A program made the position numbers and the translations under genes. From assembly GCF_029238425.1 (NCBI RefSeq), contig NZ_JAQWGB010000106.1, forward strand, positions 9,910 through 73,909: a DNA stretch of 64,000 nt, written 5' to 3'. Origin of the DNA: Flavicella sp. GTDB taxonomy: Bacteria; Bacteroidota; Bacteroidia; Flavobacteriales; Flavobacteriaceae. This document shows, piece by piece, positions 34,234-43,800 of this stretch (position 1 is the first letter of the stretch; every line of letters begins with the position of its first letter). The notes beneath the pieces were generated by a model. It ran no database searches. It saw nothing but the letters and a program-made list of their open reading frames with translations, and was not told where the DNA came from.

Positions 34234-35867
34234 TATTTCTTTACAATAAGATTTTCAAAATGTTCCGTTGCAATGTCATGATCGACATTTCCCAAGACAC
34301 CTTCAATTTTCCCTCTAGGAGTTCGCTGCCAAATCAGCCATTTTTTATTTTTCCATGCCAAAGGAATTTTCGGTTCCTCAACACCATATTCTGCAATCCA
34401 CAAATGGTACTCAGAAAAATCTGATCCCAATAAATAATCGTTTGCAAAAACATTATTGGTATAAATAATAGGTTTTACTCCCATTTTCTGATGAACATAT
34501 CTCAGCCAAATATGAATTTCTTTTTGCAATTCTTTTTTATGTACAGTCCCGATAATACCACCTCCCTCTAAATCTAAAACTGGTGGAATGTCTCCTTTTC
34601 CAACATTTCCTACCGTTTTGCAAAAATGAATTGCCTGTTCTTTTCCTGAGTCATTTGATTGATAAAAATGATATGCACCTTTAGACAAAGAAACATTCCC
34701 CATATTTTTCCAATTCTCATGAAACCTAGGGTCCACATAGTCTTTTCCTTGTGTTGCCTTGCTATAGGCAAAACTGATATTCGCTTCTTTGATCTCTTCC
34801 CAATTAATTTCTTGTTGAAAATGAGACACATCAATGCCTAAGTGATGTTTTTGTTTTGCATGATTCTGATTTCCAATCATTGATTTTTTATCTATTGGCG
34901 GTACTGATTTCTTTTGTTTTTCTGTGTTCTGTCCTGTCATTACAGAAACACCAATTAAAAAGACAAAAATTGTTTCAACAACAACCAACTTTTGAAAAAC
35001 ATAGGTTTGATCCTTACCGGAGGCTTCGGTACTATATTTTAACAATCTATGAATACCATAAAAAAATGCAAAAGGCAATAAAAGAAACTGAAAGACTATT
35101 GAAGATAATAGATTCAATGTTTGAATGATTATTGTTTTGGAAGCAGATTTTAGTATTATCAAAAACTCAGAAACACCTTCTTCAATATGTTCAGCAGCTA
35201 AATGAAAATCGTCTTCAGTAGCATCACCAACTCGAGTGAAAAAATTTAATTTTGTTTTTCCTGATTTCTCTGCTTTAGCAAGTTGTTTTTCATCTCTTAT
35301 TTTTTCAAAATGCTCATAGCTCAATTCTTTCTCTTTATATTTATCATGTAAATCTGACAAATTTTTATGCAAAGAATCAGCTTGCTCAAACTGCATTTCT
35401 TTGGATATATATTTTACCCCAGAGACAAATGCGGGTAATCCTGGATTCAAAACAAATAGAAACAATAGTATCTTGGTGGCTATCGTTCTGTAATTGATAA
35501 AAAATGTACCAATAAAAGCAAGAACCGATAAAATTTTTACAAGAGAGGAACCCGATAGTTTAATCAATACCAATTGGACTGACAATAACAGATCTGACCA
35601 CGACAAGTATTTAATTGAGCTGGCTAACAAATCTGTAATATTTTCTGAAGCTCCTGCGATAAGAATCAACTTACTTGAGCCAGCTGCCTCAGAAACGGAC
35701 TTTAAATCAATCAGCACACCCAACGATAGGGTTCCATTATCAATAAGTTTTTCTAAATAGGAAATAAGCGTATTGTGAAAAGGTGTTGCAATTGCCATCC
35801 CTAATAAAATTAGAGCACAGCCATAAAACCAACTATTGGCTTTTAGTTGAAAGAGAATCTTTTTCAT
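34230..35867 (-). CDS. Membrane-anchored GH25 muramidase (polytopic N-terminal domain plus C-terminal lysozyme)
   Basis: 545 aa from the ATG at 35867. The C-terminal ~200 aa have GH25 motifs (GIDVSHFQQEINW, AYSKATQG, PVLDLE). The N-terminal ~330 aa hold several hydrophobic helices and a charged coiled region (KYKEKELSYEHFEKIRDEKQLAKAEK). Confidence 0.75.
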   Translation of the reverse strand: MKKILFQLKANSWFYGCALILLGMAIATPFHNTLISYLEKLIDNGTLSLGVLIDLKSVSEAAGSSKLILIAGASENITDLLASSIKYLSWSDLLLSVQLVLIKLSGSSLVKILSVLAFIGTFFINYRTIATKILLFLFVLNPGLPAFVSGVKYISKEMQFEQADSLHKNLSDLHDKYKEKELSYEHFEKIRDEKQLAKAEKSGKTKLNFFTRVGDATEDDFHLAAEHIEEGVSEFLIILKSASKTIIIQTLNLLSSIVFQFLLLPFAFFYGIHRLLKYSTEASGKDQTYVFQKLVVVETIFVFLIGVSVMTGQNTEKQKKSVPPIDKKSMIGNQNHAKQKHHLGIDVSHFQQEINWEEIKEANISFAYSKATQGKDYVDPRFHENWKNMGNVSLSKGAYHFYQSNDSGKEQAIHFCKTVGNVGKGDIPPVLDLEGGGIIGTVHKKELQKEIHIWLRYVHQKMGVKPIIYTNNVFANDYLLGSDFSEYHLWIAEYGVEEPKIPLAWKNKKWLIWQRTPRGKIEGVLGNVDHDIATEHFENLIVKKY

Positions 35868-35943
35868 ATCATTTTTTTGCGACGTAAAATACAAAAAAAT
35901 GTTATTTGAAACTGATTCATTTCTCTCTCAATAATAAATAATG

Positions 35944-35957
35944 AATGAATGTTCATT
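35944..35957. promoter_or_regulatory. Palindrome AATGAA-TG-TTCATT, candidate TetR operator
   Basis: Perfect 6+6 inverted repeat inside a longer imperfect palindrome (35931-35962). It sits in the divergent intergenic region between the GH25 gene and the TetR gene. Confidence 0.35.
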
Positions 35958-35983
35958 TTATTTTGTACATTTGCATGGTTACA

Positions 35984-36562
35984 ATGAAACAAGAAGAAAA
36001 AAGTAAAATAAAAAGAGATGCCATTATTAAGGCAACTTTAGCACTGGTTAACAGTAATGGTTTCCATGCGACGCCTATGTCTAAGCTAGCTAAATTAGCT
36101 GGTGTTTCACCCGGAACCATTTATTTGTATTTCGAAAACAAACAGGATTTAGTGAACAAAGTTTACTTAGAAGTAAAAGAAAAATTTACGAAATATTCAT
36201 TTGTCAACTATCAACCTGAATTAGAGGTTGAAGAAAATTTTAAGGATATGTGGTATCGAATTGCCGCCTACAAATTAAAAGAAATAGACGAAGCTTTATT
36301 TTTGGCTCAATGTGACAACACTCCTGTTGTAGATGAAAACATAAGACAAGAAGGAATTGTGCATTTAACACCATTGATTGAAGTGATGCACAAAGGAAAG
36401 AATGAAGGAATTATTAAAGATATATCAGACTATTTGCTTTATGCTTATACCATCACTCCTATTTCTTTTTTAATTGTAATGCAAAACCGTGAGGCTTATA
36501 ACTTAGACCCTAAAAGCATTGATGAGGCATATGAGTCGGCTTGGGATAGTATCCGAAAATAA
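35984..36562 (+). CDS. TetR/AcrR family transcriptional regulator
   Basis: 192 aa from the ATG at 35984. HTH segment FHATPMSKLAKLAGVSPGTIYLYFENKQDL. Confidence 0.88.
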   Translation: MKQEEKSKIKRDAIIKATLALVNSNGFHATPMSKLAKLAGVSPGTIYLYFENKQDLVNKVYLEVKEKFTKYSFVNYQPELEVEENFKDMWYRIAAYKLKEIDEALFLAQCDNTPVVDENIRQEGIVHLTPLIEVMHKGKNEGIIKDISDYLLYAYTITPISFLIVMQNREAYNLDPKSIDEAYESAWDSIRK

Positions 36563-36572
36563 AAATAAACGT

Positions 36573-37205
36573 ATGGAATTATTAGATAAACTAAACTGGA
36601 GATACGCTACAAAAGCCATGAATGGCAAAAAAGTAGCCCAGGATAAAATTGATAGAATTATTGAAGCTGCTCGTTTGGCTCCAACTTCTAGTGGTTTACA
36701 ACCTTTTGAAATTATTGTCATTACCAATCAAGAGTTAAAGGAAAAAATACGTCCAGTATCATGGAACCAATCGGTGATTAGTGATTGTTCTCATTTATTC
36801 ATTTTTGCAGCTTGGGATACCTATACTGCTGATAGAATCAATAAGATGTTTGATTTAACAAATGAAGTTAGAGGTTTTGAAAATCAAGGTTGGGAAGATT
36901 ATCGTCAAATGTTATTAAACTCCTACCCTCAAAGAGATCCAGAAATTAACTTTAACCATGCCGCTAAGCAGGCGTATATTGCATTTTCACAAGCAATTAT
37001 AGCTGCTGCATTTGAAGAAGTGGATGCAACTCCACTAGAAGGGTTTGACCCATCTGCCGTGGATGAAATTTTAGGATTAAAAGAAAAAGGATTGCGCAGC
37101 GCCGTGATGTTACCCATTGGATACAGAGAAGAAGAGAATGATTGGTTGTCTTCACTTGTAAAAGTTAGAAAAAGCACGGATGACTTAGTCACCTTAATAG
37201 AATAA
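36573..37205 (+). CDS. Nitroreductase-family NAD(P)H oxidoreductase
   Basis: 210 aa from the ATG at 36573 (MELLDKLNWRYATKAM...RLAPTSSGLQPFE), a typical nitroreductase N-terminus. It lies 10 nt after the TetR stop. Confidence 0.85.
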   Translation: MELLDKLNWRYATKAMNGKKVAQDKIDRIIEAARLAPTSSGLQPFEIIVITNQELKEKIRPVSWNQSVISDCSHLFIFAAWDTYTADRINKMFDLTNEVRGFENQGWEDYRQMLLNSYPQRDPEINFNHAAKQAYIAFSQAIIAAAFEEVDATPLEGFDPSAVDEILGLKEKGLRSAVMLPIGYREEENDWLSSLVKVRKSTDDLVTLIE

Positions 37206-37233
37206 AAAGTTAGATTACCCCTGATCTGAATTT

Positions 37234-37275
37234 AGCCCGCAGCATTTTTTTTAAATGTCGTGGGCTTTTTTTTTG
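37234..37275 (+). terminator. Possible terminator
   Basis: AGCCCGC ... GTGGGCT stem with a long loop, followed by a T9 run. Confidence 0.4.
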
Positions 37276-37378
37276 CCTCAAATCTAATATTTAACCATAA
37301 GAGTTAGTGTTTCACATTTTTGTTGCACTTCAAACATTACTATTTATATAGTTTTGGAATAAATTAATATGGATATCT

Positions 37379-38542
37379 ATGAAACTACGCACAAAATTTA
37401 TAATAGCATTTTACCTGCTATTGGGAGTCACAATAAACGCTACAGCCAAAACCATCAAATTATCAAAACAAAAAGGAAATTCAGTTGAGAAATTAAAGGC
37501 TGCGTACAATAATGCGAACGCCGGAGACATTATTCTTATCGACATGAATGTTACCTTCAATGATTCCGAAAAGCATTTTACCATAAAAAAATCCGGACTT
37601 ACTTTCAAAGGAGCCAAAAACAACAAAGGTGTAAAATATCAATTATCGAGAGTTTCTAAAAAAGGAAATATCATTGTATTGACTGTTGGCCATACAAAAT
37701 TTGAAAACTTACGTTTTTCAACTGCTGTCAATTTACTTCGAGTAGAAGCCAAGAAACAAACTTTAACTAATATTACTATCGACAATTGCGAATTTCTAAA
37801 TTCTAGATATACTGGGGCCGACTTTAGAGGTGATTTTACTGATATTAGGGTTACCAACTGTTTGTTTGATGATTGCAAATTTGGACTGCAAACCATGGAT
37901 TCCGAAATATTAAAGAATTTTATTGTAAAAAAATCAGTTTTTAAAAGAGGTGATCATCAAATAAGTATTGACAATGCTTTTGCTGATACCAATAAAATAG
38001 AACATGAAAATATTCTAATAGATGATTGTGAATTTTATGTTGCGGCACGATTTAATATTGCTTTAGCAAACACCAGAAATACTATAATTAGTAATAATAA
38101 AAGAATGGATGGTGGATTACAAGGCTATTCACAAGCGATACACATTGAACATGACACAAGAGATGTGTTGATTAAAAACAATACTATGAAAAATGATATT
38201 GGAAATGCGATTATCATATTTTCAACAGGTTATACAGGACATGGTAATGGGCGAAAAATTCCAAATGAAGAAAAAATAGATTTCGGTTCTTCTAATATCA
38301 CCTTAGATGGAAATACCATTACAAGCTCAAAAAAGGCTGCTATTATGATTGGATATGGACGTGGTTATTTGAAAATTCTTGGAAACAATAGTATCAATTC
38401 AGAAGATAAAATCATCAAGGCTTATGAAACAAAAAAAACGATGGAATTTCATATTGATGATGATGTGCTCATGAACGGAAAAAAATACAGTACCCTAAAA
38501 AACTCAAAAGAAATTGAGACTTACTTTTTCATAAAAAGTTAA
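37379..38542 (+). CDS. Secreted right-handed parallel beta-helix repeat protein (possible polysaccharide lyase/epimerase)
   Basis: 387 aa. Signal peptide. Repeated ~22-25-aa turns of the I.I.NC.F / I.I..N type (ITIDNCEFLNS, IRVTNCLFDDC, ILIDDCEFYV, VLIKNNTM). Confidence 0.5.
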   Translation: MKLRTKFIIAFYLLLGVTINATAKTIKLSKQKGNSVEKLKAAYNNANAGDIILIDMNVTFNDSEKHFTIKKSGLTFKGAKNNKGVKYQLSRVSKKGNIIVLTVGHTKFENLRFSTAVNLLRVEAKKQTLTNITIDNCEFLNSRYTGADFRGDFTDIRVTNCLFDDCKFGLQTMDSEILKNFIVKKSVFKRGDHQISIDNAFADTNKIEHENILIDDCEFYVAARFNIALANTRNTIISNNKRMDGGLQGYSQAIHIEHDTRDVLIKNNTMKNDIGNAIIIFSTGYTGHGNGRKIPNEEKIDFGSSNITLDGNTITSSKKAAIMIGYGRGYLKILGNNSINSEDKIIKAYETKKTMEFHIDDDVLMNGKKYSTLKNSKEIETYFFIKS

Positions 38543-38556
38543 TCGTACTTTATGAA

Positions 38557-38593
38557 AATATTGATGTAATTCATTTTGTATTACATCAATATT
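38557..38593. terminator. 14-bp perfect inverted repeat, bidirectional terminator candidate
   Basis: AATATTGATGTAAT (38557-38570) pairs with ATTACATCAATATT (38580-38593). The right arm overlaps the last codons and the stop of the bestrophin gene. Confidence 0.55.
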
Positions 38594-39615
38594 CCTTTTT
38601 TTGCCTCTATGGCCTCAGGTAAATTCTTCTCCCCTAACATTTCTCTTAAATCTATTTCAATGGTTCTACATAATGACAACATAGGAATATCATTAGCCAT
38701 TCCTTGAAAAGGGCTTTCTGAATAATCACCAATCACCTCCATCATTAAATAGACCCAACCAATTAATGCCGTTACTGGTATATAGGCCCACATCGCCATT
38801 TTTCCTATTCTCATTAATTCAGGCACCATACTAAACGGAAGTAGCCCTATAAAGATCCAAACAAAAACTCTACTCATGTTTGCATATTGTCTTGGTAAGG
38901 GGAATTTTTTAATTCTTTCATTTTTCCCTTGTAAAGTGTAAAAATCTTTAAGCAAACGAGTTAAATTCATATGTCTAAAATCATCAATCAAATTTGCTTT
39001 TCTTAAAGCTTTCAGGTCTCTAGATTGCTCATTAATTATTTGAGTTGCAGTATTTTGATTGTGTATCAATCGCTCATATTCATCCTTAGGTAAAAAACAT
39101 TTGAGTTGTGCCTTCGAAACTTCATCATCTACCATGCCCACACCATATTTACTTACATAACGCTTGGCAGCAAAACCAACCATTCCCTTCTGACTAATAT
39201 GCTCCCAAGGAGTTGGCACTAATAATTGACTTCTATGTGCATACATCCAACCTAAATGTCTATATATCAAACGTTCTTTGATTGTTTCTATCTCTTTTTT
39301 ATCTACTTCTTTCTCTGTGAACTGATTGCTGATAAATCCATCTACCATCATTCCCCAAGATCGACTATCATTTACAATTCCACCCCAAATTTTTCTTGCC
39401 TCCCACATACGATCGTATGCTTGGTTATTTTTAAAACCTACATAAAATGCTACAGCGGTACCAATTACAGAAACAGGAAGCCATGGTATTTCAAATTTTA
39501 TAATCTTTGCCTCATACAAAAATGTCACACCACCGGTAAACAATAACAGCCAAATGATATGGCCTCCTGACCATTTTAAAAGATTTACAAGACTAATGTT
39601 TTTTGTGATTATCAT
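38581..39615 (-). CDS. Bestrophin-family (UPF0187/YneE) anion channel
   Basis: 344 aa. The signature FKNNQAYDRMWEARKIWGGIVNDSR matches the bestrophin motif (F.N..AYDR.WE.RK.WG..VN.SR). Confidence 0.8.
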   Translation of the reverse strand: MIITKNISLVNLLKWSGGHIIWLLLFTGGVTFLYEAKIIKFEIPWLPVSVIGTAVAFYVGFKNNQAYDRMWEARKIWGGIVNDSRSWGMMVDGFISNQFTEKEVDKKEIETIKERLIYRHLGWMYAHRSQLLVPTPWEHISQKGMVGFAAKRYVSKYGVGMVDDEVSKAQLKCFLPKDEYERLIHNQNTATQIINEQSRDLKALRKANLIDDFRHMNLTRLLKDFYTLQGKNERIKKFPLPRQYANMSRVFVWIFIGLLPFSMVPELMRIGKMAMWAYIPVTALIGWVYLMMEVIGDYSESPFQGMANDIPMLSLCRTIEIDLREMLGEKNLPEAIEAKKGILM

Positions 39616-39670
39616 AAAATACGAATTAGGTTTTTCTTTTTGTTCATATCAAACATACTAAAAGAAATAA

Positions 39671-40888
39671 TTAATGATGATGCTCTGCTTCACTTTTTTT
39701 CAGCTCAGACATTAAATAGTAGGCACCAGATTTCGCTACAGCGATTGTATCATTCTGAATTTTCTTAAATATAAATGAAATATAACCATGTACATTTTCT
39801 TTTTGCAAAACTTCCAACGGTTCAAATTCAACACCTTTTTCAGTTTCTTTTGAAACAGAGAATACAAAGAGTCTATCGCCATCTCTAAAAAATGCTTCTA
39901 AGGGCAATGCTTGTTCTTTTTTCTCGTTAAAAATAATCCGTGCGTTCACATACATTCCCAATATTAAATTATCAAAATGGCCGTCAATTTCGGCATGAAC
40001 GTGCATTGCTTTCGTTCCTTCCTCAATAGATTTACCAACAGAAATAATATGACCTTCAAATTCTTTATTTCCTACAGACTTAATCAAAAATTTCACCTTT
40101 TGACCATTTTTCACTTTTGAAATATCTTTTTCAAAAACCATCAAATCTGCATGAATGTGATCAGTATTCACTATCTCAAACAATTCTTTTTGAGGTTGTA
40201 CAAATTGCCCTGTTTTGACTCCTACTTTTTCTATAAATCCATCAATCGTACTTTTTAAAGGAGCTTTTGTATATATCTCCCCTTTGTTTATATAACTGGC
40301 GTTTAATCCTAACAGTAGTAATTGACCTTCCAAACCTTTCACTAAGCCTTTGGCGCTATTATAATTTGCTTTTGCTTGCTGATAATCTCTACCTGAACCT
40401 ACTTTTGCATTATAAAGCTTTTCCTGTCTCAAAAAATCTTGTTCTAAAAAATTTAGCTGATTGTACATCTTTAAATAATCTGTTTGAAGTTGAATCAAAT
40501 CAGGATGCGAAATATATGCCAAGACATCTCCTTTTTTCACTTGCTGTCCTTCAATAACCTCAATACTCACAATATTAGCACCAATGCTCGTAGTTATGAC
40601 AGCCTCATTTTGTGGAGGTACACTTATTTTTCCATTTACTTTGATAAAACCATTCATGTTACGAACCGGAATTTCACCTGTGTCTATATCAAGAATTTTT
40701 AATTGTTCTTTCGTCAAAAATAAAGGCTCATCATGATGCTCTTCCTCCTCATCGTCATGCTTTTCATTTGAGTTTTTATGTGATTCTGATTTGGAATTTG
40801 ACTTTCCACCTCCTTTTTCTTTGTTAGAATTTGATTCTTTGCATGCTCCTAGAAAAACACAAAGTAATAGTATATAGATATGTTTCAT
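39671..40888 (-). CDS. Efflux RND periplasmic adaptor (CzcB/CusB-like), His-rich
   Basis: 405 aa. Lipobox LGAC, then a His/Asp/Glu-rich stretch (HKNSNEKHDDEEEEHHDE), a biotinyl-lipoyl-like hairpin and beta-barrel regions, and a C-terminal EAEHHH. Confidence 0.85.
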   Translation of the reverse strand: MKHIYILLLCVFLGACKESNSNKEKGGGKSNSKSESHKNSNEKHDDEEEEHHDEPLFLTKEQLKILDIDTGEIPVRNMNGFIKVNGKISVPPQNEAVITTSIGANIVSIEVIEGQQVKKGDVLAYISHPDLIQLQTDYLKMYNQLNFLEQDFLRQEKLYNAKVGSGRDYQQAKANYNSAKGLVKGLEGQLLLLGLNASYINKGEIYTKAPLKSTIDGFIEKVGVKTGQFVQPQKELFEIVNTDHIHADLMVFEKDISKVKNGQKVKFLIKSVGNKEFEGHIISVGKSIEEGTKAMHVHAEIDGHFDNLILGMYVNARIIFNEKKEQALPLEAFFRDGDRLFVFSVSKETEKGVEFEPLEVLQKENVHGYISFIFKKIQNDTIAVAKSGAYYLMSELKKSEAEHHH

Positions 40889-40889
40889 T

Positions 40890-43800
40890 TTATTCGTTTT
40901 TAGTTTCTAAAAAATAAGATACATTTATTTTACTTTCAGAATATTGTTGGAAAATCGTCCATGAGTTAATCTCTAGCTCAATAGCATTTTTTATGGTTTG
41001 TATAAAAGCAATATAACTCATACTTCCTTCCTGATAAGCCAAAGTTGCACCATCTCTTTGCTGGACAGCCAAGGGTAAGGCATGACTTTTATGATACTCC
41101 CAATTTTCTTTTAATCGCATATAGTTTGCCATCGCAATTTTAAAACTGTTGGCTAGTTTCAGTTGTTTTATTTTATTGTTTTGTTCAATTATCTCAACGT
41201 TCAACTTTGATGCTTTGGATTCCCCTTTGGCTTTAGAAAAAATTAATGGTAGTTGAATACCAACTTGATAACTATTAAAACCATTTTCATTACCAATTTT
41301 CTGAAAACCATATTGTGCTGACACCGTTGGCAAATATTTTGAACTATAAACCTTGGATTCAGCTTTTGCTACAGACAACTCGCTTTCCCATAAAGAAATC
41401 AAAGGATGACTTTCAATATTAATTTCCACAAGATCTAAAGGTTCCTCCATCAATTCTATGGAAACATCTGCAATATCGAAATACTGATCTGCAAATAACC
41501 ATTGGTTTAACTCTTGTACAGCTATCTTATAAGCCATATGATATTGTTCTTTCTGAAGCTTTATCAACTCCCCTTGATTTATAGTTGTTTGAAATTCTAA
41601 ATTGGAAATGGCTTTCGTTTCATAACGCAGCTCTAACGCCTTTTTCAATCCCGAATACACCGTGTCTATCTCTTTATATGATTCGTATATTTTCTTAGTT
41701 GTAAATGCCTTGATCCAAGCATATTCAACCCTTTGTTTTAACTGTATAGTGTTTAAGGATTTATTGGTTTCAGCTAGTTTTATATTTTCATTTGCTAATT
41801 TGTTTTTAGAAGCAATTGAAAATAAAGCAATGTTAGATTGCCCTAGCCCCAAAGTCGTATATGTTCCATTACCATCATCACCAATTTCATCTCCCATGGT
41901 AAAAATTTTTGTGTTACCAAAATCCCATGCAGTAGATTTTATAGCTCGCTCTTTTTCAATCTCTAAATCTGCAACTATTAATTCTGGATAATTCTGTTGT
42001 GCCAATTCAATCGCCTGATTCAAATCAATCTTCTGATTCTGTGAAGAGCCTAATGAAGGGAACAGCATAAAACCAATAAATAAAATTGTGACCGCAAGAT
42101 TCGATCTCTTAATGCTTCTTTGTTGATTGAAATTTTCAACCGCTTTATACAAAATCGGGATGATAAATAACGTCAACAATGTGGAAGTCAACAAACCTCC
42201 AATCACAACAGTTGCCAATGGGCGCTGTACTTCAGCACCGGCGGTAGTAGACAATGCCATTGGTAAAAAACCTAACATATCTGTCAATGCAGTTAATAAA
42301 ATAGGTCTAATACGTCTTTTTGTTCCTTCTTTAATTCTCTCATTTAAATCTGTCACACCTTCTTCTTTAAGCTCATTAAAACCACTAACCAACACCAAAC
42401 CATTTAAGACGGCAACTCCAAAAAGAACAATAAAACCAATACCAGCAGAAATACTAAAAGACATGCCTCTCATATATAATGATAAAACTCCACCAATAGT
42501 AGCCAACGGAATCGCCATATATATCATCATGGTTTGTTTAAAAGATTTCAAGGCGAAGAATATCAAAACAAAAATTAATATAAGGGCAATGGGAACAACG
42601 GTCTTTAATTTTTTTGTGGCTCTTTCTAAATTCTCAAAAGCGCCACCGTAACGAATATAATATCCCGCTGGTAGTTTTATGTTTTGTTCTATCTTTAATT
42701 GAATCTCCTCCACCAAGGTTTTGATATCTCTTCCTCTTACATTAATACCAACATAAATTCTTCTATTTGTATTATCTCTACTTATCTGCATAGGGCCAGG
42801 TTTGAAACTAATTTCAGCAAGTTCTTTTAATGGAATCTGACTACCGTTCGGCAAACTCACAAAAAGATTTTCAACATCATATAACTCTTGTCGCAACTCT
42901 TTTTTTAATCGTACTACTAAATCAAATCGTTTCTCTCCTTCAAATACAACTCCTGCCACACCACCTGCAAAGGCAGTCTCAACCAGTCGGTTCATATCAT
43001 TGATTGCCAATCCATATTGGGCAATTTTTCTTCTGTTATATTCAATCGTTATTTGCGGTTGACCCGATGTAGCTTCTACCTTTAAATCTGCTACCCCGTC
43101 AATATCGGAGACCAAAACACCTATTTCATTAGCTTTCTTTGATAATACATTTAAATTTTCTCCATATAATTTAATGGCAATATCTTCACGCACACCTGTT
43201 ATCAATTCATTGAAACGCATTTCAATAGGTTGACTAAATTCATAATTGATTCCTGGGATTCTTTCCAACATCTCTTTTATTTTATCAATCAATTCTGGTT
43301 TAGAAGAGGCTGAAGTCCATTCTTGCACAGGCTTCAGTATTAAAAACACATCGGCCAAATCCATAGGCATTGGATCTGTAGGAACATCAGCAACCCCTAT
43401 CCTACTGATTACATCAATAACTTCTGGGAATTTTTGTTTTATCAGTTTTTCTACCTTCGTTGTTGCTTTTACGGTTTCAGATAAAGCACTACCTGGTTTT
43501 AGGATGACATGAAAGGCAATATCTCCTTCGTCTAACTTTGGGATAAATTCTCCGCCTAAATTTGAAAAAATATAGATACTCGCGGTCAACATTAAAATAG
43601 CGATACCTACTATTATTTTGGAATATCCCATGATTTGAATTAACGCTCTTCCATAAATACGTTCTACCCAATGAACCGCACGATATCCATAGCTTCTTTT
43701 ATGCTTAACTTTCGGTGCTGTTAGAAATAATGAAGTAACCATTGGCACATAGGTCAGACATAAAATCATGGCACCAATCATAGCAAACATAAAAGTAAAA

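Noticed and set aside
34005-34424. 139-aa + ORF bridging the EamA 3' end and the GH25 3' end
   Set aside because: It is out of frame with EamA and antisense to the GH25 domain. It has no motif and overlaps two well-supported genes.
42127-42651. 174-aa + strand ORF inside czcA
   Set aside because: It is antisense to a highly conserved RND transmembrane region, with reverse-frame composition.
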